The notes under the pieces: model-generated | Databases searched by the model: none | What the model was told of the DNA's origin: nothing | Seen by the model: the letters and a program-made list of their open reading frames with translations, nothing else | Assembly (NCBI GenBank): GCA_017448965.1 | Contig: JAFSKK010000058.1 | Coordinates: 961 to 64,960, forward strand | Length of the DNA: 64,000 bases | Direction of reading: 5' to 3' | Origin: Bacteroidaceae bacterium | Lineage (GTDB): Bacteria; Bacteroidota; Bacteroidia; Bacteroidales; Bacteroidaceae | Part shown: positions 57,016 to 63,881 of the stretch, piece by piece | Layout of the letters: each line of letters starts with the position of its first letter | Position numbering within the stretch: position 1 is the stretch's first letter | Made by a program: the position numbers and the translations under genes

Positions 57016-57940
57016 TGTATGTTTCTGTTATATGCCTCACGCTTTCCAACCATTGCATGATGGAAAAATCCCCTCTGTCCGTTTTCGTTCCAAAGGAAGT
57101 TTGACCAGAGATAAATTCCTTCAACATTTCGTCGCCCAAAGTCACCATGGCCTTCGTCTCCTGCCCGTGACGATACACTCCATACATGCGGAAATGCACG
57201 GCAATGTTATATCCGTTGTCACAACACAAATTCACCATCTGAGCCATATCTTCCTGTGTCCTGTCCAAATGCAAAGTGCCATCCTTCGATGCCTCAAAAT
57301 GCATTCCTGCTTTCTTCGCCCTGAAAGCCTTAGCCAAATAGTGCATCATCTCCAGACGTTTCTGCACATCGTCTGGGTCATCGACCGATTTCACCTTTTC
57401 GGAATCGGGGAAATCAAACACCACCTTCCTGACGGTATCGCCAAATTCCGTCTGCTTGCCGACTGCATCCCAGAAATCCTCGGCATTCATCTTGGCCTTC
57501 AACTCAAGGTGAATCCCGTAGTCATGTTCCAAAGTGCTGTTGAAAGATTCCTGCAAGATGTCACGCACCTTGTCGGGCTTGCTGTCGAAAGCCGCAGAAC
57601 GCTCGATGGCAATCAAACCGACATCAGCACGGTTATAAACCAACACATAACAGCCTGGCTGAGCCTTTTCCGTCAGTTCCTCATGCTTCTTGGGAATTTT
57701 CACATTCTTCTCATTGCAGACAAATAGAGCCATTGCGTCCCCATACTTCCGTTCCACATCACATTCCAGCGGCACCTGTTCACCCTTCCTGTTCGTCTTG
57801 CACACCTTCACATTGCCTCCAACAAACAGTGTGGAGAAATATTCATGCGCCTTGTCAATGGTCTTCACACCATCCTTGCCAAACACATCTTTCTGTCCAG
57901 CCTGTTCAAAATGAATTTTGTAAATTGCAAATACCGCCAT
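56966..57940 (-). CDS. hypothetical protein (operon gene 4, no recognisable domain, basic KKKRKRGGQK tail)
   Basis: 324-aa ORF starting 4 nt after the stop of the HpaII-family gene. No known motif recognised. Confidence 0.6.
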   Translation of the reverse strand: MAVFAIYKIHFEQAGQKDVFGKDGVKTIDKAHEYFSTLFVGGNVKVCKTNRKGEQVPLECDVERKYGDAMALFVCNEKNVKIPKKHEELTEKAQPGCYVLVYNRADVGLIAIERSAAFDSKPDKVRDILQESFNSTLEHDYGIHLELKAKMNAEDFWDAVGKQTEFGDTVRKVVFDFPDSEKVKSVDDPDDVQKRLEMMHYLAKAFRAKKAGMHFEASKDGTLHLDRTQEDMAQMVNLCCDNGYNIAVHFRMYGVYRHGQETKAMVTLGDEMLKEFISGQTSFGTKTDRGDFSIMQWLESVRHITETYNDEEPTKKKRKRGGQK

Positions 57941-57944
57941 ATAC

Positions 57945-59027
57945 CTATTTCTTAAACCTTATCTGCAAGTTCAACTTAATATATACCTCACCGTCTTCTC
58001 CTCGATACAAAGCCCCGAAATGGTAACGGCTGCGACTCGCGCGCTCAAAACGCGTATTATTATATAAATAATCTTCCACTTCGTTCCGATTGTAAAAATG
58101 ATAGCAAACGATGTCGCCATCCTTTTTCACAACCAAATAGCCACCATTGGCATCATAACGTCCAGTCCATTCCTTTGCCGGTGTCATACCTAGAGCAGCA
58201 TCTAGCAAAAGTACTTTCATCTTGTGCTCATAAAAAGTATAGACATTCTTTCCTGTAAATCCAAAGGGATTCTGTTTTGCCACCAGTTCTACTGCTTCTT
58301 TGATAGAAGATGTGGATGCTGGCATACTGTCGCAAATCAGACACATTGCAATGAATTCAGGCATACATAAATCGAGAAAAAGCAGATTATTCTTGAAAGT
58401 TTGATGTTCTATGTCTGAATACATCAACTGTAATCCCTTATCTTGGATTTTCTTCATCCTCGGAAGATGGTCTTCTATCGCATTAACTTCCCGTATCTCA
58501 TCGTCCGTTATCTGTCCTCCCTCTACACGATAGCGAATATTCGTTGTTTCTCCAGCATTGAGCAGAGTTGAAGCACTCCCCAATTGTGACTTTATGCTGA
58601 AACCAAGCAAGGGAGTCATATTTGTGCGTAAATCGTGGATAACAATGTGGATGTCCGCTTTGTCTTTCGAAGGGGCTTTCAGTTTTGTACACCCAATTTG
58701 GTTCATGAAACACTCTGTAGCGGGAATTGCAAAAGCACTTTTACTCCCTGCCTTTATCTCGTCAAGCAAGTTGGCTGATTCTTTCATGAACTTATCCATT
58801 GACACACGAACAAACTCTTTGCCATCTTCATCCACCACAACTATGTTCTGCTCACTGCAAGGCTTGTACTCATATTTTTTACTTTCTTCACGAATCACAT
58901 TCAAGATGGGATAATATAATTCCAACTTGTTAAGATTCTCGTCTCCAGCATGGACTTTTCCTTCTCCGAGGAGTCGGAACAATGTGTAAATCTCACTCCA
59001 TTCTCCTTTATTTCCTGTCAATGACAT
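57945..59027 (-). CDS. HpaII-family type II restriction endonuclease (putative)
   Basis: 360 aa. The N-terminal GNKGEWSEIYTLFRLLGEGK motif and the size match my memory of the RE_HpaII family. It also has a PD...SxK-like site (DIHIVIHD...GFSIKSQ) and sits next to a C5-MTase. Confidence 0.55.
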   Translation of the reverse strand: MSLTGNKGEWSEIYTLFRLLGEGKVHAGDENLNKLELYYPILNVIREESKKYEYKPCSEQNIVVVDEDGKEFVRVSMDKFMKESANLLDEIKAGSKSAFAIPATECFMNQIGCTKLKAPSKDKADIHIVIHDLRTNMTPLLGFSIKSQLGSASTLLNAGETTNIRYRVEGGQITDDEIREVNAIEDHLPRMKKIQDKGLQLMYSDIEHQTFKNNLLFLDLCMPEFIAMCLICDSMPASTSSIKEAVELVAKQNPFGFTGKNVYTFYEHKMKVLLLDAALGMTPAKEWTGRYDANGGYLVVKKDGDIVCYHFYNRNEVEDYLYNNTRFERASRSRYHFGALYRGEDGEVYIKLNLQIRFKK

Positions 59028-59075
59028 ATCTTTCCATCCTATTTTCTAAGAGTTATGACTAATTTATCGTTATGG

Positions 59076-59714
59076 CTACTGGAATTTGTCCATTTTCTTA
59101 TCCTTTGGGGTAGGATGAATGTTTACCAGATTTCCCTCCACAACATCAATCTTTGTAGACTCGCAGAACTTCATACTTTTCAATTTTGTGACGAGTTCAT
59201 CTATCTGTTTTGTGTTACAATCAATCACATCATCAAGACCGATAAGCAGACCTTCCGGGATTTTGGCTTTTGTGGCCCTTGCTTCTTGGGCATCCAATGT
59301 CAACAGATAACTTTGTGCCTTGCGATGAACATATTTCAATGCAATGGCTTCAAGGTCAGCCTGCTTGTATCTTTCACGAAGGCTTGTCTTTAGGGATAGA
59401 CATACAGGCCGTTCTTTCGAATAAAGAATGGTGTCAAACTCTATATTGGGAACAAAAGCCACTTTTGCCTGTGTGTAAAACGGCAGGATTCCCTCACGGT
59501 ATAGAAGAGTGTATATCACTAATTCGAAATAACCTCCCCCAATTGAATTGTTTTTATTTTCACATGCTTGATATTTGTCCCAATAAAATTTCACGTATTC
59601 ATGGGGATAAGTGTATTTGACATCGCAAAATGTCTCATTGGGAGTCATACTCTCAAAGAGTTTTGAGATTTCACCTTCATTTTTGATAAAACCGTTTTCT
59701 AATAGTACCGACAT
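59076..59714 (-). CDS. small PD-(D/E)XK nuclease with the SxK-x3-RER signature of CCGG-family restriction enzymes (putative)
   Basis: 212 aa from MSVLLENG (ATG at 59714, 11 nt after the MTase stop). Motif: EFD-x14-SLK-TSL-RER. The ORF-track start at 59870 would overlap the MTase by 145 nt. Confidence 0.5.
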   Translation of the reverse strand: MSVLLENGFIKNEGEISKLFESMTPNETFCDVKYTYPHEYVKFYWDKYQACENKNNSIGGGYFELVIYTLLYREGILPFYTQAKVAFVPNIEFDTILYSKERPVCLSLKTSLRERYKQADLEAIALKYVHRKAQSYLLTLDAQEARATKAKIPEGLLIGLDDVIDCNTKQIDELVTKLKSMKFCESTKIDVVEGNLVNIHPTPKDKKMDKFQ

Positions 59715-59725
59715 AACCTTTGTGT

Positions 59726-61042
59726 TTATAAAATCCCTAACATTTGTAATTCTCTCTCCGCTGTTGCTTGTATAGCTGGAATAGCCACAGAATTGCCAAA
59801 CTGCTTGTAAGCAGAAGCATCGGCCACAACAATTCTGAATCTGTCGGGAAATCCCTGCAATCTGGCCCATTCACGGGGAGTCATTTTACGAATTCCGTCA
59901 CGATTAACCTCGCCCTTGATATGAGTCTCTGGTACATAATTAGTCAGACGATTATCCACCACCAAATTGCACTCTCTCCCCATTCCTCCAACAACAATAG
60001 CATTTGCCACTCCATCAATATCAATAATCTTGTATCCAAAACCATGCCCAGCCGCTTCATGTCGTGCGCGATGACGTTTCAAAGTTTCAATATACACTGT
60101 AGAAAGATAATATTTCACCGAAACCTCGTGTTCTTCCATCACATCACGGAAACGTGGGCGTAATGCGCCAGGTGTAGTAGGCTCCGGATAACGAAATTCA
60201 TCAATGGCAACATGCAAGTCCTTTCTGAAACCAATGATATAAATACGTTCACGATGCTGAGGCACCCCAAAATCCATCGCGTTCAAAATCCGAGGAGGTA
60301 CAACATCATATCCTGCATCATCCAAATGCTCAAGGATTGTCCTCAGCGTTCTGCCTTTGTCATGAATGGCCAATCCTTTCACATTTTCAAGAAAGAAAGC
60401 CCTCGGCTGATGCTTCCGCAAAATATCTTCAATCTCAAAAAACAGCGTTCCCCTAGTCTCATCCTTAAAGCCGAGCCTTCTGCCAGCCAAAGAAAACGCC
60501 TGACAAGGAAAGCCAGCACAAAGGATGTCAAAATGCTCTGGAATATACTTTTTCGTGATGTCCTTCGTGATGTCACCAAAGGGCATCTCCCCATAGTTGG
60601 CAAAATATGACTCCTGTGCCTTTGCGTCAAATTCCGAAGAATACACGCACTTGCCACCCAGATTCTGCATGGCGATACGAAAACCTCCAATGCCTGCAAA
60701 CAAATCAATGAAAGTGAACTTAGGGTGCTCGGGAGCAGGGAATGGAACATCGAAGAAATCGTTGAACAAATCATATTGCAAAGGGTCTTCTGCCACATGC
60801 CACACATCCTCGTCAGAAGCCACATCCACAACATCCTGCCGCACATGTTTCCTTGCCAAAAAGTCACGGACAGCTTCTACAATCTCTCCACGCTCAGCAT
60901 CAGTCCCCCCATTATGCAGATACTGGCTCAGCACCGCCATCTGCGTTTCATAGGACAATTCTCCATACACCTTCATGCCCGTTGCCTCATCCACCTCTTC
61001 AGGGAAATCCGTCAATTTTATGTTTTCTTTCTTCTTTGCCAT
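59726..61042 (-). CDS. DNA (cytosine-5)-methyltransferase with about 100-aa N-terminal extension
   Basis: Motif I FIDLFAGIGGF, motif IV GFPCQAFS, motif VI ENVKGL, motif VIII QHRERIYI, motif X QFGNSVAIP. Confidence 0.93.
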   Translation of the reverse strand: MAKKKENIKLTDFPEEVDEATGMKVYGELSYETQMAVLSQYLHNGGTDAERGEIVEAVRDFLARKHVRQDVVDVASDEDVWHVAEDPLQYDLFNDFFDVPFPAPEHPKFTFIDLFAGIGGFRIAMQNLGGKCVYSSEFDAKAQESYFANYGEMPFGDITKDITKKYIPEHFDILCAGFPCQAFSLAGRRLGFKDETRGTLFFEIEDILRKHQPRAFFLENVKGLAIHDKGRTLRTILEHLDDAGYDVVPPRILNAMDFGVPQHRERIYIIGFRKDLHVAIDEFRYPEPTTPGALRPRFRDVMEEHEVSVKYYLSTVYIETLKRHRARHEAAGHGFGYKIIDIDGVANAIVVGGMGRECNLVVDNRLTNYVPETHIKGEVNRDGIRKMTPREWARLQGFPDRFRIVVADASAYKQFGNSVAIPAIQATAERELQMLGIL

Positions 61043-61065
61043 TTTGCAATAGTCTATTTGAGTTG

Positions 61066-61073
61066 CAAATTTA
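61066..61073 (-). promoter_or_regulatory. -7 promoter box TAAATTTG for the methyltransferase operon
   Basis: Reverse complement of CAAATTTA, about 24 nt upstream of the ATG at 61042. Confidence 0.5.
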
Positions 61074-61158
61074 CAATTTTTCTGTGAGATTTAGAAGAAA
61101 GCCCACAGAAAATATAAATTATTTAATAGAAACGCTTGGGCTTTTGTTTGCAAATGTC

Positions 61159-61223
61159 TATCTTTGCATCGGGATTCCCCGAAGTCCCTGCTTTCGCATA
61201 CTTCGGGGTTAGTGTTTTATTTT
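61159..61223 (+). ncRNA. candidate tiny transcript: -7 box TATCTTTG, 9-bp hairpin, U-rich tail
   Basis: -7 box at 61159-61166. Hairpin CCCCGAAGT (61177-85) / ACTTCGGGG (61200-08), followed by TTAGTGTTTTATTTT. Confidence 0.3.
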
Positions 61224-61235
61224 GAGTAAGGCAAC

Positions 61236-61270
61236 ACCGTGTTACAGCGTTACAGTGTTACAGTTCCAAA
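61236..61270. repeat. ACTGTAAC octamer-triplet repeat, copy B (inverted)
   Basis: CACCGTGTTACAGCGTTACAGTGTTACAGTTCC is the reverse complement of GGAACTGTAACACTGTAACGCTGTAACACGGTG. Confidence 0.9.
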
Positions 61271-61342
61271 AACAATCATGGAAGGCAAAAATAAACTCTA
61301 TATTTATATATAAATATAGAAGTATATTTAGGGGTTTGGAAA

Positions 61343-61380
61343 GGCCTTTCGGGAACTGTAACACTGTAACAAGTGTAACA
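61343..61380. repeat. ACTGTAAC octamer-triplet repeat, copy C
   Basis: GGCCTTTCGGGAACTGTAACACTGTAACAAGTGTAACA. With copy B it forms an inverted pair around an 85-bp AT-rich spacer containing CTATATTTATATATAAATATAG. Confidence 0.9.
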
Positions 61381-61468
61381 GATTGCGGTCAACTTCTTCA
61401 GTACAATTTTTTTTCAAATCGTTGAAACTTTTTTGGGGAAATATTCGTAGACCGCACTCTGGATGTTG

Positions 61469-61476
61469 TACCTTTG
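61469..61476 (+). promoter_or_regulatory. -7 promoter box TACCTTTG for the plus-strand G-rich unit
   Basis: TAnnTTTG match about 210 nt upstream of the ATG at 61689. Confidence 0.4.
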
Positions 61477-61688
61477 CATCGTCGAAAATGAGAGGGGCGC
61501 GGAGACGGTGTGCAGGGGGAAGGGTGCACGGCATGCACGGGGAAGCCTGCACGGCACACGCGGAGAGGCGGTGACGGGGTGAGCGATGGAGTGAGAATGG
61601 TTGGATGTGTGGAGTGAGAATGGGTTCGAAAATGTTGTTTAATCAGAAAAAGGAATTTAATCAGAAAAACGGAAAGGAGGACGGAAAG

Positions 61689-62189
61689 ATGAAGATACGG
61701 ATGTCGAGGTATTATGGCGACGGGAGCGTGACGAAGTCGGTCATGCGGATTGAGAGCGAGCGGGGCGGTTTCGAGCCGATGGAGTGCGAGGCGCGGGAGA
61801 TGGCTTTCAAGGTGTACACGGAGAAGTTCAGGGGCAGCAGCGGGTATTGTGTGCCGGAGGGGACTTACACGATGCAGCCGAGGTGCACGGAGTTTGGGGT
61901 GATGACGCTGCGCACGAAGGACATGAGGGGGCATGCGAACGTGAGCATCGGATGGAGCTGGACGAGGCAGACGAAGCATGACACCATTCTGGTGGGATGG
62001 AGCGACGGGAGCCAGGCGGCTGAGGTGAGGCGCATCACGGGGAGCAGGGAGTGCTTCGACGAGCTGACGAAGAGGGTGTATGCGGCTTGGGCGGATGGCG
62101 AGGAGTTCACGCTGGAGATTGTGAATGAAGACCCTCTCTGTCCTGACGGACATCTCCCCCATAATGGGGAGACCATGCGGAATGTTTAA
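61689..62189 (+). CDS. hypothetical protein, possibly DUF5675-like (phage L,D-peptidase-like fold)
   Basis: 166 aa from MKIRMSRYYG. It loosely matches the pattern T.S...IE....F...E......G.CVPEGTY.......F.......T.....H..V.IG.......T.ILVG. It has strongly G-ending codons, and its last roughly 18 codons are encoded by a family B repeat fragment. Confidence 0.4.
   Translation: MKIRMSRYYGDGSVTKSVMRIESERGGFEPMECEAREMAFKVYTEKFRGSSGYCVPEGTYTMQPRCTEFGVMTLRTKDMRGHANVSIGWSWTRQTKHDTILVGWSDGSQAAEVRRITGSRECFDELTKRVYAAWADGEEFTLEIVNEDPLCPDGHLPHNGETMRNV
62130..62180. repeat. partial family B element (half copy of the etfB/etfA insert)
   Basis: GACCCTCTCTGTCCTGACGGACATCTCCCCCATAATGGGGAGACCATGCGG compared with the reverse complement of 28723-28773, GACCCTCTCTGTCCTTCGGACATCTCCCCCGTAATGGGGAGAGCCATCCGG. 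Confidence 0.8.
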
Positions 62190-62275
62190 AAGGAAAAATA
62201 TATGTTGTTGCAACGGCTATATAAGTGTTTAAAAATGAATGTCTAACAAGTTTTAAAAAGAAAGGAGAAACGATT

Positions 62276-62713
62276 ATGTCTATTGTAGTTCGAAAGACGA
62301 AGATGAAGCTCACTTATCGTGAGGGAAAGCCCGAGGTGTACAAGATGCGCCAGCTGACTTACCAGCCGCTCACGTTCGAGCAGTTGCTGTCGGAGATTCA
62401 GGTGGTGGGTGTGAATCCCGCGCAGACGCAGGCGGTGGTGACTGCCTTGCTGAACCGAATGGTGCAGTATCTGAACCTCGGCCACGCGGTGCAGCTCGAC
62501 AACTTCGGCACCTTCAAGGTGTGCACCAAGTGGAAGGTGGCTCACACGCTGGAGGAGTGTACGGCTGACACGAACGTGGTGAAGAACCTCCGCTTCTACC
62601 CCTGCAAGGCGCTGCAGACGTTGCTGCGCGAGCAGACCATCAAGGTGAACGAGGCGGTGTCGGAGCAGGAGCCTGACAGCGGCGGTGGCGACGATGACGG
62701 CGACGGTGAGTAA
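62276..62713 (+). CDS. Bacteroidales HU-related DNA-binding protein with acidic tail
   Basis: 145 aa from MSIVVRKTKMKL, with AAGGAG 9 nt upstream. The pattern ...LTFEQLLSEI......QTQAVVTALLNRMVQYLNLGHAVQLDNFGTFKV matches the HU_rel family. Confidence 0.75.
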   Translation: MSIVVRKTKMKLTYREGKPEVYKMRQLTYQPLTFEQLLSEIQVVGVNPAQTQAVVTALLNRMVQYLNLGHAVQLDNFGTFKVCTKWKVAHTLEECTADTNVVKNLRFYPCKALQTLLREQTIKVNEAVSEQEPDSGGGDDDGDGE

Positions 62714-62719
62714 ATGAAG

Positions 62720-62756
62720 AGAGGGCTGACATCCGCAATGGTGCCAGCCCTCTTTA
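62720..62756. terminator. hairpin between convergent HU and gldN
   Basis: AGAGGGCTG / CAGCCCTCT stem with a 16-nt loop. The T-run is weak. Confidence 0.4.
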
Positions 62757-62791
62757 TGCTTGTGTGTGTGGGGGGGAGAAGTGGAAGAGCA

Positions 62792-63874
62792 TTAGTGGCG
62801 CTGTCTTCTGACAGACACACGGGGAGCGCCGCCACCGCTGGATGCACCACCTCCCGACTTTCCCTTCTTGCCCGAAGAGGCGGAGGAACCACGGCGGCTG
62901 GTGCGTGCGGCTGATGAGGAGGCTTTATCGGCAACGGACTTGCTCTTCTTGCCCTTGACCGATGCTGCGGCGATGGAGTCGCGACGTGCCTGCTCGACGG
63001 AATCGACGGGAGTGCTCCAGATGTGCTCTTCGAAGTCGGTGATCTGCTTCTCGATGCGGTTCTGCTCCTTCTTCAGCAGGGAGTCGGTGGCGCAGTATTG
63101 CTGGAGCGACTTGTTCTGCATGTTGGTAGTCATGTAGATTTCGCCCTTGTAGTGGTTGGTGGAGAAGAAATCATCCATCGACATGCGAGCTGCATTGTTG
63201 AGGTTGCTGGTCATCACTTCCTGGCCGCTGAGATAGGTCTTGACATCGTCGTATTTCACCCAGAAGAGAGGACGCTTCTGCACGTTGTCGGAGTAGGAGA
63301 ACTCGTCGGCTGCACGATGCAGCACAGGGCAAAGCGCCACGATGCGGCTATGGTAGGTGGCCGTGTTCTGGTCGTAGTAGCTGCTTTCCTTCACATAGTA
63401 ACTGAGCACTTCGGAAGAGGGTATGTCGCTCTGAGCCACCTTGATGCTGTTGCCATCCACCTCGTAGAAGATGTCCTGACGCTCCAACAAGTCCTTGAAG
63501 TGCATGCGGTTGCTCTGCTGGAAGTTTTCCACACCATCCAACTGATACTCGTAGGCAGGGATTTTGCCCGTGTTGAGCAGCTTGAACAGCAACGTGAACA
63601 GGTTCATGTTGCCGCCTTGTGGCTCGACGGGATAGTAGAGTGCCGCGTTCTCGTCCTTGGTCAGGTCGATGGAGCGGTAGATGTCGCGTCGCCAACTGGG
63701 GTCTTCAGGCACATCGACTGCCGTGGGGAACATGAGACTGGCTCTGTCGTTTCCTGTCGCACCTGTCTTCTTCGCAGCCGTTGTCTTTGTGTTCTGCACT
63801 CGGCTCTTCTGTGGCTGGGCAACCATCGTGCCAACCATGCAGAATGATAATAATATGAATAAAACCTTTTTCAT
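62792..63874 (-). CDS. gldN: T9SS/gliding motility protein GldN (PorN)
   Basis: 360 aa with a signal peptide. Has the pattern PSWRRDIYRSIDL...NAALYYP...NLFTLLFKLL..GKIPAYEY, a low-complexity C-terminus, and directly follows the gldM end. Confidence 0.85.
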   Translation of the reverse strand: MKKVLFILLSFCMVGTMVAQPQKSRVQNTKTTAAKKTGATGNDRASLMFPTAVDVPEDPSWRRDIYRSIDLTKDENAALYYPVEPQGGNMNLFTLLFKLLNTGKIPAYEYQLDGVENFQQSNRMHFKDLLERQDIFYEVDGNSIKVAQSDIPSSEVLSYYVKESSYYDQNTATYHSRIVALCPVLHRAADEFSYSDNVQKRPLFWVKYDDVKTYLSGQEVMTSNLNNAARMSMDDFFSTNHYKGEIYMTTNMQNKSLQQYCATDSLLKKEQNRIEKQITDFEEHIWSTPVDSVEQARRDSIAAASVKGKKSKSVADKASSSAARTSRRGSSASSGKKGKSGGGASSGGGAPRVSVRRQRH

Positions 63875-63881
63875 AATCTGA

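Noticed and set aside
61236-61380. Invertible promoter (phase switch) formed by the inverted octamer repeats, with a TATTTTTG box at 61286-61293 in the spacer
   Set aside because: The methyltransferase operon has its own proximal TAAATTTG box at 61066-61073. The 85-bp spacer is very short for known invertase substrates, and no recombinase gene is in the window. I keep it only as a minor alternative under the repeat finding.
61398-62213. 271-aa Pro/Arg/His-rich minus-strand ORF
   Set aside because: A by-product of the extreme G-richness of the plus strand. It is low-complexity and runs through the plus-strand promoter and leader.
52621-62756. Prophage or integrative conjugative element
   Set aside because: There are no integrase, terminase, capsid, relaxase or tra genes, and no att-like direct repeats at the borders. 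The only tRNA (1217-1291) is 51 kb away.
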